Source: Choristocarpus tenellus KU-1152
Lineage: Eukaryota > Protista > Phaeophyceae
NCBI GenBank assembly: GCA_964200185.2
Contig: CAXNAD020000056.1
Coordinates: forward strand, 1-34,133
Length of the DNA stretch: 34,133 nucleotides
Direction: 5' to 3'
Under the pieces are notes generated by a model. That model was not told the origin of the DNA, made no database searches, and worked only from the letters and a program-made list of their open reading frames with translations. Below, piece by piece: positions 1 through 10,822 of this stretch. The first letter of the stretch is position 1. Each line of letters begins with the position of its first letter. Both the position numbers and the translations under genes were made by a program.

Positions 1-385
1 CCTCCAGGTCTGTGTGCACCACCTCCCCCACCGTCTTGGGGCTGCAGCCGCCCCGTGCGTAACTGAGTGCCTCGGACTTGCATTCCTTGCATACCTGGCA
101 GTGGAGCTCTGAGGCAACTGTAGCATCTGCGATGTCCAGGAGGCCGCGTTTTTCCAGGTGCTTGATAGCTAATGGGCTGAGGTGACCCATGATGTTGTAC
201 CAGTCAGAGAGGGAGAGATACTGCAGCTTATTGGCGTAGCTAGCATTGACCATTGCCTGGCTCTTCTTCCCCTTTCTTCACATGAAGCTGGGCTCACTCA
301 CAGCATTAGGAAGGCTCCCTTCTCCTCCAGATGGATCTTGGCTGCCCCTTTGTTGGGCTGGAAGTTGTGCAATATAGGCCGGTAG
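1..385 (-). mobile_element. Ty1/Copia pol fragment (GAG-pre-integrase plus start of integrase core), cut by window edge
   Basis: Minus-strand translation of about 203->1 gives WYNIMGHLSPLAIKHL...CQVCKECK...GEVVHTDLE. This matches the Copia WHxxLGH...CxxC pattern followed by the integrase VHTD first catalytic Asp. Confidence 0.8.
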
Positions 386-453
386 TCTATAGGCTTATTA
401 TGTGTTTGGTAACCAGTATCATGTCACAAGTAATGTTAACTAAGTCGCTTACT

Positions 454-742
454 TGTTGATCAATTGTTTCAGTACGCCCAGAGTAATAGGTTCGAATCTC
501 AACGAGTTGATTCTTTTGCTTAATGTAAGTGGCTGATGCAGGACGACTGACATAACTACGACTGACGCAGAACGAGGGGCGTAGTGCGACTGAGAAAGAC
601 ACATTCTGACGTGTCTGCTGACGTGCGCAATAGATAACTAGGCAGAGCAACCCCTCACTTCTAGGGATGGTACTCACTCCACTAATTAATTCATTCATAC
701 CACATAAAGCACAAACTCTATTCAAACAGCTCTTTTAGCACA
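454..742 (+). repeat. Copia-type LTR (5' LTR)
   Basis: Starts TGTTG at 454, ends ...GCACA at 742, and is immediately followed by a PBS. A second, inverted copy lies at 1070-1331. Confidence 0.75.
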
Positions 743-753
743 GGTTATGAGCC
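743..753 (+). other. Primer-binding site GGTTATGAGCC (internal tRNA-iMet fragment type)
   Basis: Directly after the LTR-terminal CA. Resembles the GGTTATGGGCCC PBS of Drosophila copia-type elements, which are primed by a tRNA-iMet half-molecule. Confidence 0.7.
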
Positions 754-761
754 TTGCAGGT

Positions 762-1069
762 ATGGAAGCGGACCCACACAAAATGCCACTATGGAGTGGC
801 GCGGTGCGTGTGGGCATACAAGGGAGGAGTGGGCAGAATGGGGGATGGCGCTGGTGAGCTATGCGGGTGGGAAGGGCCTGTACCGCATCCTCCAATTGGC
901 TTACTACATCCTTGCATCTCCTATCGTTTGAGGAACGCAGCGCGTACGAGGAGTACGTCAAGCATCACGAGGCCTTGTGGTTCCTGCTGTGCCCGGCCAC
1001 AAGGAGCGCCGCAGCAATGGTGGTCAGCACCCATGAAAACAATGGAAGCCCTGATGGGAAGGCAGCCTG
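762..1069 (+). pseudogene. Frameshifted Copia gag N-terminus
   Basis: ATG at 762 just after the PBS. A later frame reads YEEYVKHHEALWFLLCPATRSAAAMVVSTHENNGSPDGKAA(W), a gag-like LWxxL...DGxxAW pattern, and stops abruptly at the inverted LTR. Confidence 0.6.
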
Positions 1070-1331
1070 TGTGCAAAAAAGAGCTGTTCGAATAGAGTAT
1101 TTTGCTTTATGTGGTGTGAATGAGTTTATTAGTGGAGTGAGTATCATCCCTAGAAGTGAGGGGTTGCTCTGCCTAGTTATCCATTGTGCACGTCTGCCGA
1201 CACGTCAGAACGTTTCTTTCTCAGTCACACCAAAGCACTCATTTTGTCAGTCGTAGCTGCGTCAGTCATCCTGCGTCAGTCATCCTGCGTCAGCCACTTA
1301 CATTAAGCAATAAGACATCAATCCATCAACA
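1070..1331 (-). repeat. Second LTR of the same family, inverted, without matching TSD
   Basis: Reverse complement of 454-742, roughly 90% identical in the core by hand count, including exact catccctagaagtgaggggttgctctgcctagttatc. Boundaries are TG...CA and the flanks gcctg / atact do not match. Confidence 0.8.
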
Positions 1332-1851
1332 ATACTTGTATGGCAGGTACATCGCCACATCGTACAAGGTCCATGCATTCACCCCATGTGATCTCACTGT
1401 TATACTTCTTCAGATACAGAACATGGTGATTCAGGAAAATCCAAAAAGTCCTCTGCTATAGCTACCTCCATCCCTCAAGGTATCCGATCCGAGTCTCATG
1501 CCTTCTCACCTCTAGGCACTGCACGCACCACCACGCTGTTCTCCGTCGGGGTGCTTGAGTCCTGACCCTGGACAGACTTCTGGGTCAAAGAATTGGGACT
1601 GACAGGTGACAACGGGATGAGCAAACCACTTGAAAGACGGGTGCCCTTCGTCCTAGGCCATCCCAATAAACACCCATTTTGAAAATTTCATCAGGTTTTT
1701 GAACCCCATCAAATTCGACTTGGTTGAGTTGGCACTGGTGATCCTCCACAGTCATGACAGGCCACCATCTCTAACATTTGCATGCTTCTCAATCTATGTG
1801 AGAACTAAACCTCATCCAGGTGGTTTATTGCGTGGATCATTCCTGGGCGAG
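1332..1851 (-). mobile_element. 5' fragment of mariner-like element (family B)
   Basis: Colinear similarity to 30017-30524 (e.g. aaggtccatgcattcacc, gagtcctgaccc, agtcatgacagg, accatctctaa). Both copies end at ...cattc(c/t)tgggcgag. Confidence 0.75.
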
Positions 1852-3079
1852 AATGGAGCTTGCAAAAGTTATGTTACATTTAATTCGGAACAGATTAAAC
1901 CATTGTTTCCACTTCAGAGTATGAACCTAGACAGATTTACAAGTGCAGTAACAAACGTTTTTGCTTCATGATTGAGTTTATGGTATGGGATTATGTCGAC
2001 AGTTTATATCGCAGCTCTACCATGGGAAATCTACAATCCACCGTTGGCAACCAGAGATATTGAAAACTGTTCACAACCATTAAATTTTCCTAACCATACT
2101 GTGACGACCATGGGTGAAATTCATCTTACCGTACCTGGTATGTCCTTGTTCTATTGTTGTGCTGCTACAGTGGTCTCCAATTTCTCAGTGGGATTTCATT
2201 AATTCTGTATAGTGGTAAATCACTAGGTTATAATATTCTCTATAAGATCGGACCTGTACATAAGAACAGTGTAGAACTCCTGCCATTGCCATGAGCAACC
2301 ATGGAATGGTTATGCTGTCGTAATTGTTGACCGTAGGGGAAAATAGGTTCAACCATAACCATGTTGCCAAAAATAGATCTCCAACCATAGAATGGGCATA
2401 TCATGAGGTCAAATGAAACTACAATCATACTGTGCTGAAAAAAAATCTGAACTACGTAAATGTTTTTATAAAACCCTAAATTACCTTCGAAGTTGTGCCT
2501 CTGCAGATGTTTCTTACCTCACAAGATATGTTTGGGTTTAAGAATCAGATTATGGAAGAGTTCAGGAATAGGAGATATTGTAGCAAGTAATCTGTGCTTA
2601 GTGATTACTACTGATCCATAGAAAAGGAATGATTTGGTTGCAAGGACCCCACCCCCCCTTTTGGGCTTGGATGCTCCCTCCTCTTTCCTCCTTCCTTAGT
2701 TCATCTCTACAACCTCTTCTGCCCAATAAGGAATTAATCAAGTTATTTACTAAGTCTTAGGAAAATCAGCTTTTTTAACATGCTAGCTAACATTACTTAC
2801 TGAAGTGTGCTAAGTTTTCAAGGCTAGCATAGAATCGATTGGAGGGAGAGTCCCGATGGAGGCAGCCATCGGTTACGGTAGACGTACTATGAGAAGAGTA
2901 GAGTTTTGAGAGACAATACCTGCAACAGCGTTGAAGATGGTGGAGGGGTGGGTAGTCGAGTCTGAAATCGAGGAAGAAGATGAGGAGGCAGTTATCAGAA
3001 CTGTGCACCAGACAACTATTACAGGACAGAGAATGCGGTGACTGATCCCACTCCTATCATAGCTTAGAGCTTATAGTGG

Positions 3080-4707
3080 AGATGATGACGGTGAAGGATA
3101 CACTACATTCAAGAAAATCTTAGTTTCGTGTGCTGCCATGGGAAGATGGAAAGATTTTCTTCTGTCACAAGATCATATCAGCATGAGTTAGATTTTTTTG
3201 ACGAATCAAGATGGACGGAACAAGAAGTCAAAAAAGCATGGCTATTGCAGCTTTGGTGATGGGTTTATATGGACCAGGTAAACAAATTGCAGATAACCAT
3301 GGCAGTCCTTTGGAACCATTTTGCCAGAAATGGCATTACTGAGAGAGAAAACAAAACACATGGTCCAAGCTTAATTCTCTCCGTTTACCAGTGGGGGGAG
3401 GAACCATCCACAGTCGTAAGGGAACTGGATAGAATCGTCAAGAAGATGAGATCGATTGATGACGAGCCAGCCTAATGAGGAGGCTCAATTAAGTGCCATG
3501 CACAATTGCCTGAGGAATACTTTACAGAAATTTTTCAGGTTACTGGAAGAGGGCGTGTACCTAGAATTGATCTTCAAAGACTAGTCTGTGAGACCGACCA
3601 CTTACACAAAAGACAACAAGAACAACACATGGTGAGCAATGGTGGTGCATTGATGGTGGGTGGAGCACGTGCGAGAGTTAAAACCACAGGATGTCAAAAG
3701 GATCAACAATCAGGACGTGTGGAATCTACCTGTGTGGAGGACCGCCACTTTCAATCCTCTTGCCCCACTACTTTTTTCTCACATTCCAGATCCTACACAG
3801 GTGCTTGTTATGTTTGTGGAGAACAGGAATAAAAAAGACTTATTGTTGTCCTGAACACACTGGAGCTGCTGGGGTGACCGATCAAGGATGGAAGTCTGGA
3901 CCAAGTCCCAGAAGGAAGAGGAAGAATGGTAAAGGAAAGCAGAGGGGCGATACCATGGACACTGCTGAAGCTGGTGAGGAAGAATACAAAATCAAGTGGT
4001 ACACCAGCAGCTTGGAGGATTCTCCTCGGTAAGCAATGATGGGAGTCTTGTGGAATTGGATTAACTTTGGTTTTTGACAGTGGGTGTTCGGGACTTAGGA
4101 CAAGTAACCCTGCTGCTCTGATACATCTAAAATTTGTGGTAGGGACATCGGTGACTTTGGGATGGAAAGGTTGTACAGGTTTCAGCCATAGGTAATTTGT
4201 CACTATGTTGTGTGCAGGATGGGGAAGTTTCCAACTTCATCATGCACAACGTACCCCTTGTCCCTGGGTCAAAATTTAACCTCTTCTCAATGATACAAGC
4301 AGGAAAACAATCTGGGGTAGAATTATATTAGAAAGAGAAAACTCTTTTTGGTTAACCTTTTCTTCCGAGGGGCCTGAATTGCAGTTTAAGAAGAAGGATG
4401 GAAAGCATTATGGAATGTTCACCTTGAAAGCCATTCAGAGCAACCTAGTGACATATCCTGACCCGATTGCAAGACATCATCCGATGTATCAGACATAACA
4501 GAGAGGATTGTGTCAGGACTCATTCTTGCAGAGGGGGAGGCAGGGACAGGCGAACTCACCCCCATGCTGTTTTTAGACCAAGTTGGGTGCATCCCCCAAG
4601 AAGTCGTTCTCAATAAAGTAACCAAGAAACTACATCAAGCCCTTGTAAACATCGATCAGAATATTGCATTGCGGGCATTAAAGTACTTGAAGCCACAGTT
4701 GACCTAA
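3080..4707 (+). mobile_element. Degenerate Ty1/Copia gag-protease-preintegrase remnant
   Basis: Motifs in Copia order across broken frames: gag (LPEEY...), zinc knuckle CYVCGEQ (about 3806), protease LVFDSGCS (4076), VPLVPGSKFNLFS (about 4252) and KKLHQALVNI (about 4624). Many stops and frameshifts; left boundary approximate. Confidence 0.75.
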
Positions 4708-6262
4708 TGCTCAAAGGATCTGTTCTCCATATAATTTTTTAGAGTACCTGCTTGATAAGTTTTCAAGATTGACTCCTTCAGGGATATTCCTGAGGTGGTC
4801 AAAGAACAAGGAGTGTCAAAAATATCAACAAAAACACCAGATATGTATGTAAGCTGGATCTACAAATGTCAAGGCAAAAACTTGCCAAGATCAATCCTTG
4901 TTCTCTTTGACCATTTCTTAACCACATGTCCAAATTAGTAGGTACCAACTATTCTCAGGTATGGTTACAACTGATCATTTCAATCAACTTCACAAAATCA
5001 AAGATGAGGGTTCCTTTCAATCTTATGGAAGGAGCATGCTCCCTGATCAGTAGATGCATACCAGCTGCCCTTGACATTTGAACAGTCAACATGTAGACAG
5101 CCCAGAAAGTGGGTGCACTTACATACACTGTTCAGACTGTAGCCTAATATTCAGTTTATTTATCCTGCACAGGAACAATCTTTTCAGGAAGTCAATGAAT
5201 TTGTTGCGAGTAATTGTCATTTCAACAAAAAAACAAGACAGGTAAGGGTTAGATATATCAGCACACTGTGCTTGGTTTTCAGTTGGGAATTTTCCTCGGC
5301 AGAATGGGACAATCAGAATTTGCACTGGCAGGACTTGATCTGCTCAACACCTTCAGAGATTTGGTAATGTTTGCACGATCCTTCAAAAAATCATATATTG
5401 ATACTATCAGACTGCCCAAGTTCCTATTCTTTTATGACATAATCTCATTAAATGTTAAGTGTTCCCTTAGTGGGCACAACTGAATGTACAAGTGCAACCC
5501 TCTTGTGGTTTGAGTAACTGTAAGAATAGCAGTAAGAATGTTGAGTATACTAGATATGGTGTATAATGTGGTGAAACCACAAAGTGGTGACCTGGGCAGG
5601 TTCTTTCATTGTGTGGGGGGTGGCCGAGAGGCCAAATCAAATCAAAAAAACTCAAATAACATAATCCACATGCCTTGAGATTCACAGTCATAAGCATCAA
5701 CAAGAAACAAACTCATTCCAGCAAAACAAGGACAGACCAATATAATCTTCAGATTCATCTTCTATACCTACACTATAAACGCCTAATTGTTCATGATGTA
5801 CAAACTGTCTAAGGAGGTATCAAACATAAAAAAGCCACACTCACCTGTACGATGACTTGGATGAACAGAAAATTGTTCCACAACATTTTAATTGCCAAAT
5901 ATCTGTACCAGGCCAACGTCTTGAGTGAACTGAATATTGCAAGGGGAAAAATATTGTTTACATCTAAAATTTCTAGAACAATAAGTAGTCTACTAAACTC
6001 CTGCTACAATTACATGACTTGCCTGTTGACTCAAGGGGCTCACAAACTTTCCCTTTCACTATCCCTTCTCCAAATGAAGCAGGGTTATTCTTTTGTCAAA
6101 GATACTATATAGTATATCAGAAGAGAATCATTCTTGCCAATGCTCACTGACCATTTGCCATCACATCAGCATTGCAAGAAAAAATGAGCTAATAAGGTTT
6201 TCCGGGCATGACTACCAGCCTTCATCTCTCACCTTAGTGACAATGCTTCAAAAGTTGGATTA

Positions 6263-9200
6263 TCACCGTATGCTATACATGCTGCACAGGGAGCCTGTAA
6301 ATGAGTGCATCACATCCTCCATCTCTTTTTTAGCATTTGGGGGCAAGCTAAATATATCCCAGAAGCGCAGTGTCTCATCGGCTGCAGCTGACACCACTGT
6401 TGAACCATCAGGGGAGACATCCAGATGGAGCACTCTGGAACAAAATTGCAAAAATAAGTAACATTCAAGAAAATTGTGGTGGAGCAGCAATACAGAAGAA
6501 ACATGAAAAAAATAATCATGGTGGAAGCCCTTACCTGGATGTATGCCCTGTAAATTCTTTGACCTTCAACATGGAAGGGTATTTCCACAGGCACAATTGA
6601 TTTTGACTGAATCCATGGGAGGATACTAACTCCATGTTGTGCTTAGACCATTGCAGGGAGCATACCTTGGGTTGTGGAATAGTGAACAAAAAGCAAGGGC
6701 AGTTTAGTAAATTCATACTCTTTAATGAATCAAGGGTGAAATAGCAAGGGCAGTTAAGTAAAATTAATACTCTTTAATAAATCAAGGGTGAAACACGTGC
6801 TGCCACCACATCTACAACCGAAAATTACCTGACTGCCTGTATCAATTGAGTTTAGCTGAGAACCATTTGCAGTGTTCCAGAACTGAGGAATGAAAATACA
6901 CAGAACGGTAGTGAGGGATTAGCAACAAGCACTTGCAATGTAAATATTACTGGGGATGCATTCTGTAGCTGACCATTGCAATTTTTATGGTACATGAATT
7001 GCACATATAGCCGGCGATATATTCACATACGATTAAAACATTGTGAGGTATCCACTTCAGTCTCACAGTTGGATGTAAAATGAAGCAAGAATGTCCCAAG
7101 CAATTCATGCTCCATCTTGTGTACCATTAAGGATACCCTTAACCTTTGTATTTGAAAGTTACAAAATATATGGGTGCAGTGATGCTGAGGTTTCTTGCAC
7201 CAACAAAAGTTCAAAGATGTCTTCAGAATGTGAAACAGGTGAGTACAAGTGGAAGGTGGACCAGCATGTGTGTGAATGCTGCATAAAAAAAGAAAACCTT
7301 GATAGTACGATCAGCTGTTCCTCCCCCTGATGCAAGAAGATGTCGCTGGAAGGGGCACCATGCAAGTGCTTTCACTGCCGCTTGGTGCTCCACCAGAGTT
7401 TCACGGGGGTGGTGCTCCTGGAAAGATTGGGAGACCAGCAAAAAAATGTCCAATTATCTTTTAAACGATTGAAAACAATATTCACCATACCAAGTTCCCA
7501 TACACAGAGCTGTACATAGTAAGGCATGCATAATGGGACCCATCATTGCTGCATAAGCTGTTCAGAAACTTACACGGTCTTGACTGTATGCAAGAAACCA
7601 CTCCTATTCCTTGACTCCTTCCACTAAAATTCTATCTTCTCCAGTCCCCATACATTCTAAGTAGGTCCTATATTCTGAGTGTTCATTTTAAGTTGTGTTT
7701 TTGACCATGGAAGCAATGGAGTGGTTGTAGGCATGCTTGACATAGTACAAGATCTAGATCTTGCCTGCAGCCTGCGGTTGGCTCCACTCATTGCAGCATC
7801 CCACAGGCAGAGAAAATTCTCATTTCCACCTGATGCTAGAGTACTACCATCAGGTGACCACTTCAATCCACAAACCTGGGTAGAAGAGGATATAATGAGT
7901 ATACGTGATTCCAGAAACTAATATCATAGTTTAAGAGCATGTAGAGTTGAACCCCAAGTTAGATAAATTCAAATCTCTGACACCCTCACAAGAGTGTAAA
8001 CCCCAATCTCACTTCTTGTTGATGACCTACAAAACTCCCAATTGTGCGATGAGGCACACGGATGTCATGTTGCAGTATTGTTGTGTCTCTGGACCCAGAG
8101 CTTAGAGTATGACGCTTCCATGCTAGGGTCCCTACCCGAGCAGTATGTCCTTCAAGCTTAGATACCTGCAAGAGGTACAAATTGAATTGACATAATAACA
8201 AGATCAACTTAGAGCAGAAAATAGACAAAAATGCAGCACATGAAAGCAGAAGGACTAGATTTTAAAGTTTAGATTATCCATCATTTTCAGCAACCCTCCA
8301 ATTCTAATGTTTGTAATACCCTTGCAAAGCGTATTGATCACTTTAAAAACACTGGCCAGGTCTTCCCTGCCCTGCAATATGGTGACAATCTCTGGTCTAG
8401 GAACCTAGAAACACAAATGATGATTGGATTCTTGAGCCTTGGGGCTGTAAGTTAGTTATGTATGTGTTTCAAATAGCCCTCTCTGTCAACCTACAACATT
8501 GCTTTTGAGACCTCTTCACATTTCATTCATACTTGGAGAATATTTTTAGAAACTGACAAAAATCAAAAAGTCAGAATTGAACAAACTCCCTTCAGCTTCT
8601 GACCATTACCTGGCGCAATTGTGAGGCATCCCACAGTTGCACAGTGCTGTGGTTTGTGCCAACAGCCAAGAAATCTCCCTCTTTATCCATCCACTGTACA
8701 CTGCCATATGGGTTCAGGTGTCAATTCACTTTAAGCAGCTGGGAAGCTTACATTACTGGATGTACAATATTTATGACCATAGGTATTGCCACGTCTCCCT
8801 GCCAAAATTTAAACTCCATGACAAAAAAAATCACATATTTTTTTGAATAGATGCCAAGTGAATGATCAATTATGCAATGACCAGCATGGATATTAAGGGT
8901 ATCATACACACGAAACAACAGAAAACATATGGAAAGATTTTCAACATGAAAAAATAACAGAGTGAACTTAATGTGAGGCCTTCATCAGCAACACCACACC
9001 TTGTGACAAAGTCATCTATTGTGGGCAAAGTTAGGAGATGTTCAATGGCACCAGTTGAAGCATTCCACAGATATACAGCCTGCCCAAGGGCCACGGCCAG
9101 CACCTGCCAACAGTGTAAGCGCAAATAAGATTATTAATGTCAACATTCAGAAAAAAGAAAAAATCAACACAACTCTGTAAGCAGTGCTCTCCTGGCATAC

Positions 9201-10822
9201 AATGGCTCAGCAACCACTCATTACATTGTTGGAGCCCCAAGAGATGAGGTTGAGGTAGTAGTCATCGACAATGTCCGGTGCATCCAAGATCCGTATTGGA
9301 GAGGAAGGAATACTCCGAGTCACACAAGCCCGTGTAGTAGAGGTATTTGTCATGGTATGGAGTACCTGGACATAGAAACCAAACAGACATACCATGAGCA
9401 AAATCTGATAAAGGAATCTGAAACCTACTGTTTTCTCAAGATCACCCAATGCTAACAGATGTTATCCCGTAATCTCCACCTCTCCCAATCATTCATCCCA
9501 GTTAAACAAAAAATATTACTTTCTTGAATCAAGATATCCTATCAGCAGTAGTCTTGGCCGAGTGGCCATCCAACAATCAAAGACAGCACTGAGCCCACAA
9601 GTTTTGGGTGCAATTCTTAATCTCATCATCTCAAATCATCAAGATATCTAATTTACTAGAGGAGGTAATTTTAGGTTACCTTCAGCACATTGGAGCATGA
9701 CTCTTTGGTTTGTGGGGGCGGATCACTGAAGTGAAGAATTCGCTGGACACCCTTCCTCTGATGATCTCTTTGCCAAGGTGCCTGGCTTAAGAGTGTCCCT
9801 CGCATCGCCTCATTGAACTCCATGACCAGTGGGGCAGGAGCATCAGTACAAGGCCCAGGTTCGTTCTCAATATCACTAAAAAGATGACGGCATATGTCAT
9901 AGTTCATAGCTGAGCGACTTGGGATAAAGCGATCTCCCTGATCAAGAAAGGGGTGCCATTTTTAAGGAGAACCGCGCGGTGAGAAAGTTGTTGTGGGAAA
10001 GTCACAAAGGATGGCGGGCTAAGTCAATTGCATTCTTATGGCACAGTACATTGGAATTCCAGGACACAAAGGTTATGATTGTTTTCTAATCTTTGTAGTG
10101 TCCTTCATATCGGCAGAACAAATAATATTTTCATGAATGTTTCAATAAACCAATAAGATGTTACGAGTCGTTCACAGTCTGATTACTCAAGCCTTCGGAC
10201 ACAGCGTGTCCCAACGCATTTGTATTCAAAGCACAAAACCGCGTAGCTATAGCAGTCCTACCCATCATACAGACAAAAAAGCAACGAGACAGCCCAATGT
10301 GTTAACTGACAGAATACCCACCTCCCTAGATTTTGGTGTGCGATCCAGCTTGCACATTGATGGAGGATTTGAGCATGGAGGGGAATTACTTCCACCAATT
10401 TCCTTAGTAAATTTCACTTTGACACAAGGGGAGTGAGTAGTCCGCGCTGGAGACGCAGTATTAGCGAGGTCTGCAAGGCGCAAGGTTATAGATATTGAGT
10501 GAGAGTGCCATCCTTCCAATACACTTATGAAGAGCCTAAAAGACAGGAAAGGCTTCGTGCGTCTACTTTTGATATGTACAGATGAATCTCCGTACTCCAT
10601 GAGCCAAGACCTTTTACCTGGAAAAATGGCATTGTGGCAACCAAGGCCAGCCAATAGAGAAGATGGAGAGGAAGGAACAATCGTCCTGGGAGATGACGGA
10701 GAACGCTTAGCTGGTGACGAAATACGTCTTCGCTTGGGGGTAGAGGGCACACTTACCCTCACCATGGTCCTAATTGGTAAGTGATCTGATTGATATTCTT
10801 GTAGAGTCTGCAATTGTCTCAT
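6263..10822 (-). CDS. CDC20: Cell division cycle 20 / Fizzy, WD40 APC/C co-activator (about 562 aa, 12 coding exons)
   Basis: complement(join(6263..6434,6535..6665,6829..6882,7298..7417,7765..7875,8013..8165,8610..8700,9000..9103,9225..9365,9680..9937,10322..10470,10618..10822)) = 1689 nt with all phases compatible. Contains C-box DRFIPSR, RILHF (KILR-like), [62 protein letters not shown] and C-terminal IR tail. DDYY, HGF and AAADET favour CDC20 over CDH1. The start codon and exon 1 are the least certain parts (alternative ATG at 10765). Confidence 0.93.
6692..6793. repeat. About 51-bp tandem duplication within a CDC20 intron
   Basis: agcaagggcagtt(t/a)agtaaa...atactctttaat(g/a)aatcaagggtgaaa occurs at 6692-6741 and 6743-6793. 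Confidence 0.9.

Noticed and set aside
489-500. GGTTCGAATCTC, resembling a Pol III B-box or tRNA T-loop
   Set aside because: No cloverleaf or correctly spaced A-box could be built, and it lies inside the LTR.
387-1256. Paralogous-looking ORFs 387..725(-) and 861..1256(+) sharing GVSxIPRSEGLLCLVI
   Set aside because: They are translations of the two inverted LTR copies, not a gene family.
1246-1295. Short gtcagtc repeats, and the 51-bp repeats at 6692-6793, as CRISPR-like arrays
   Set aside because: They are adjacent tandem units without unique spacers, in a eukaryotic context with no cas genes.
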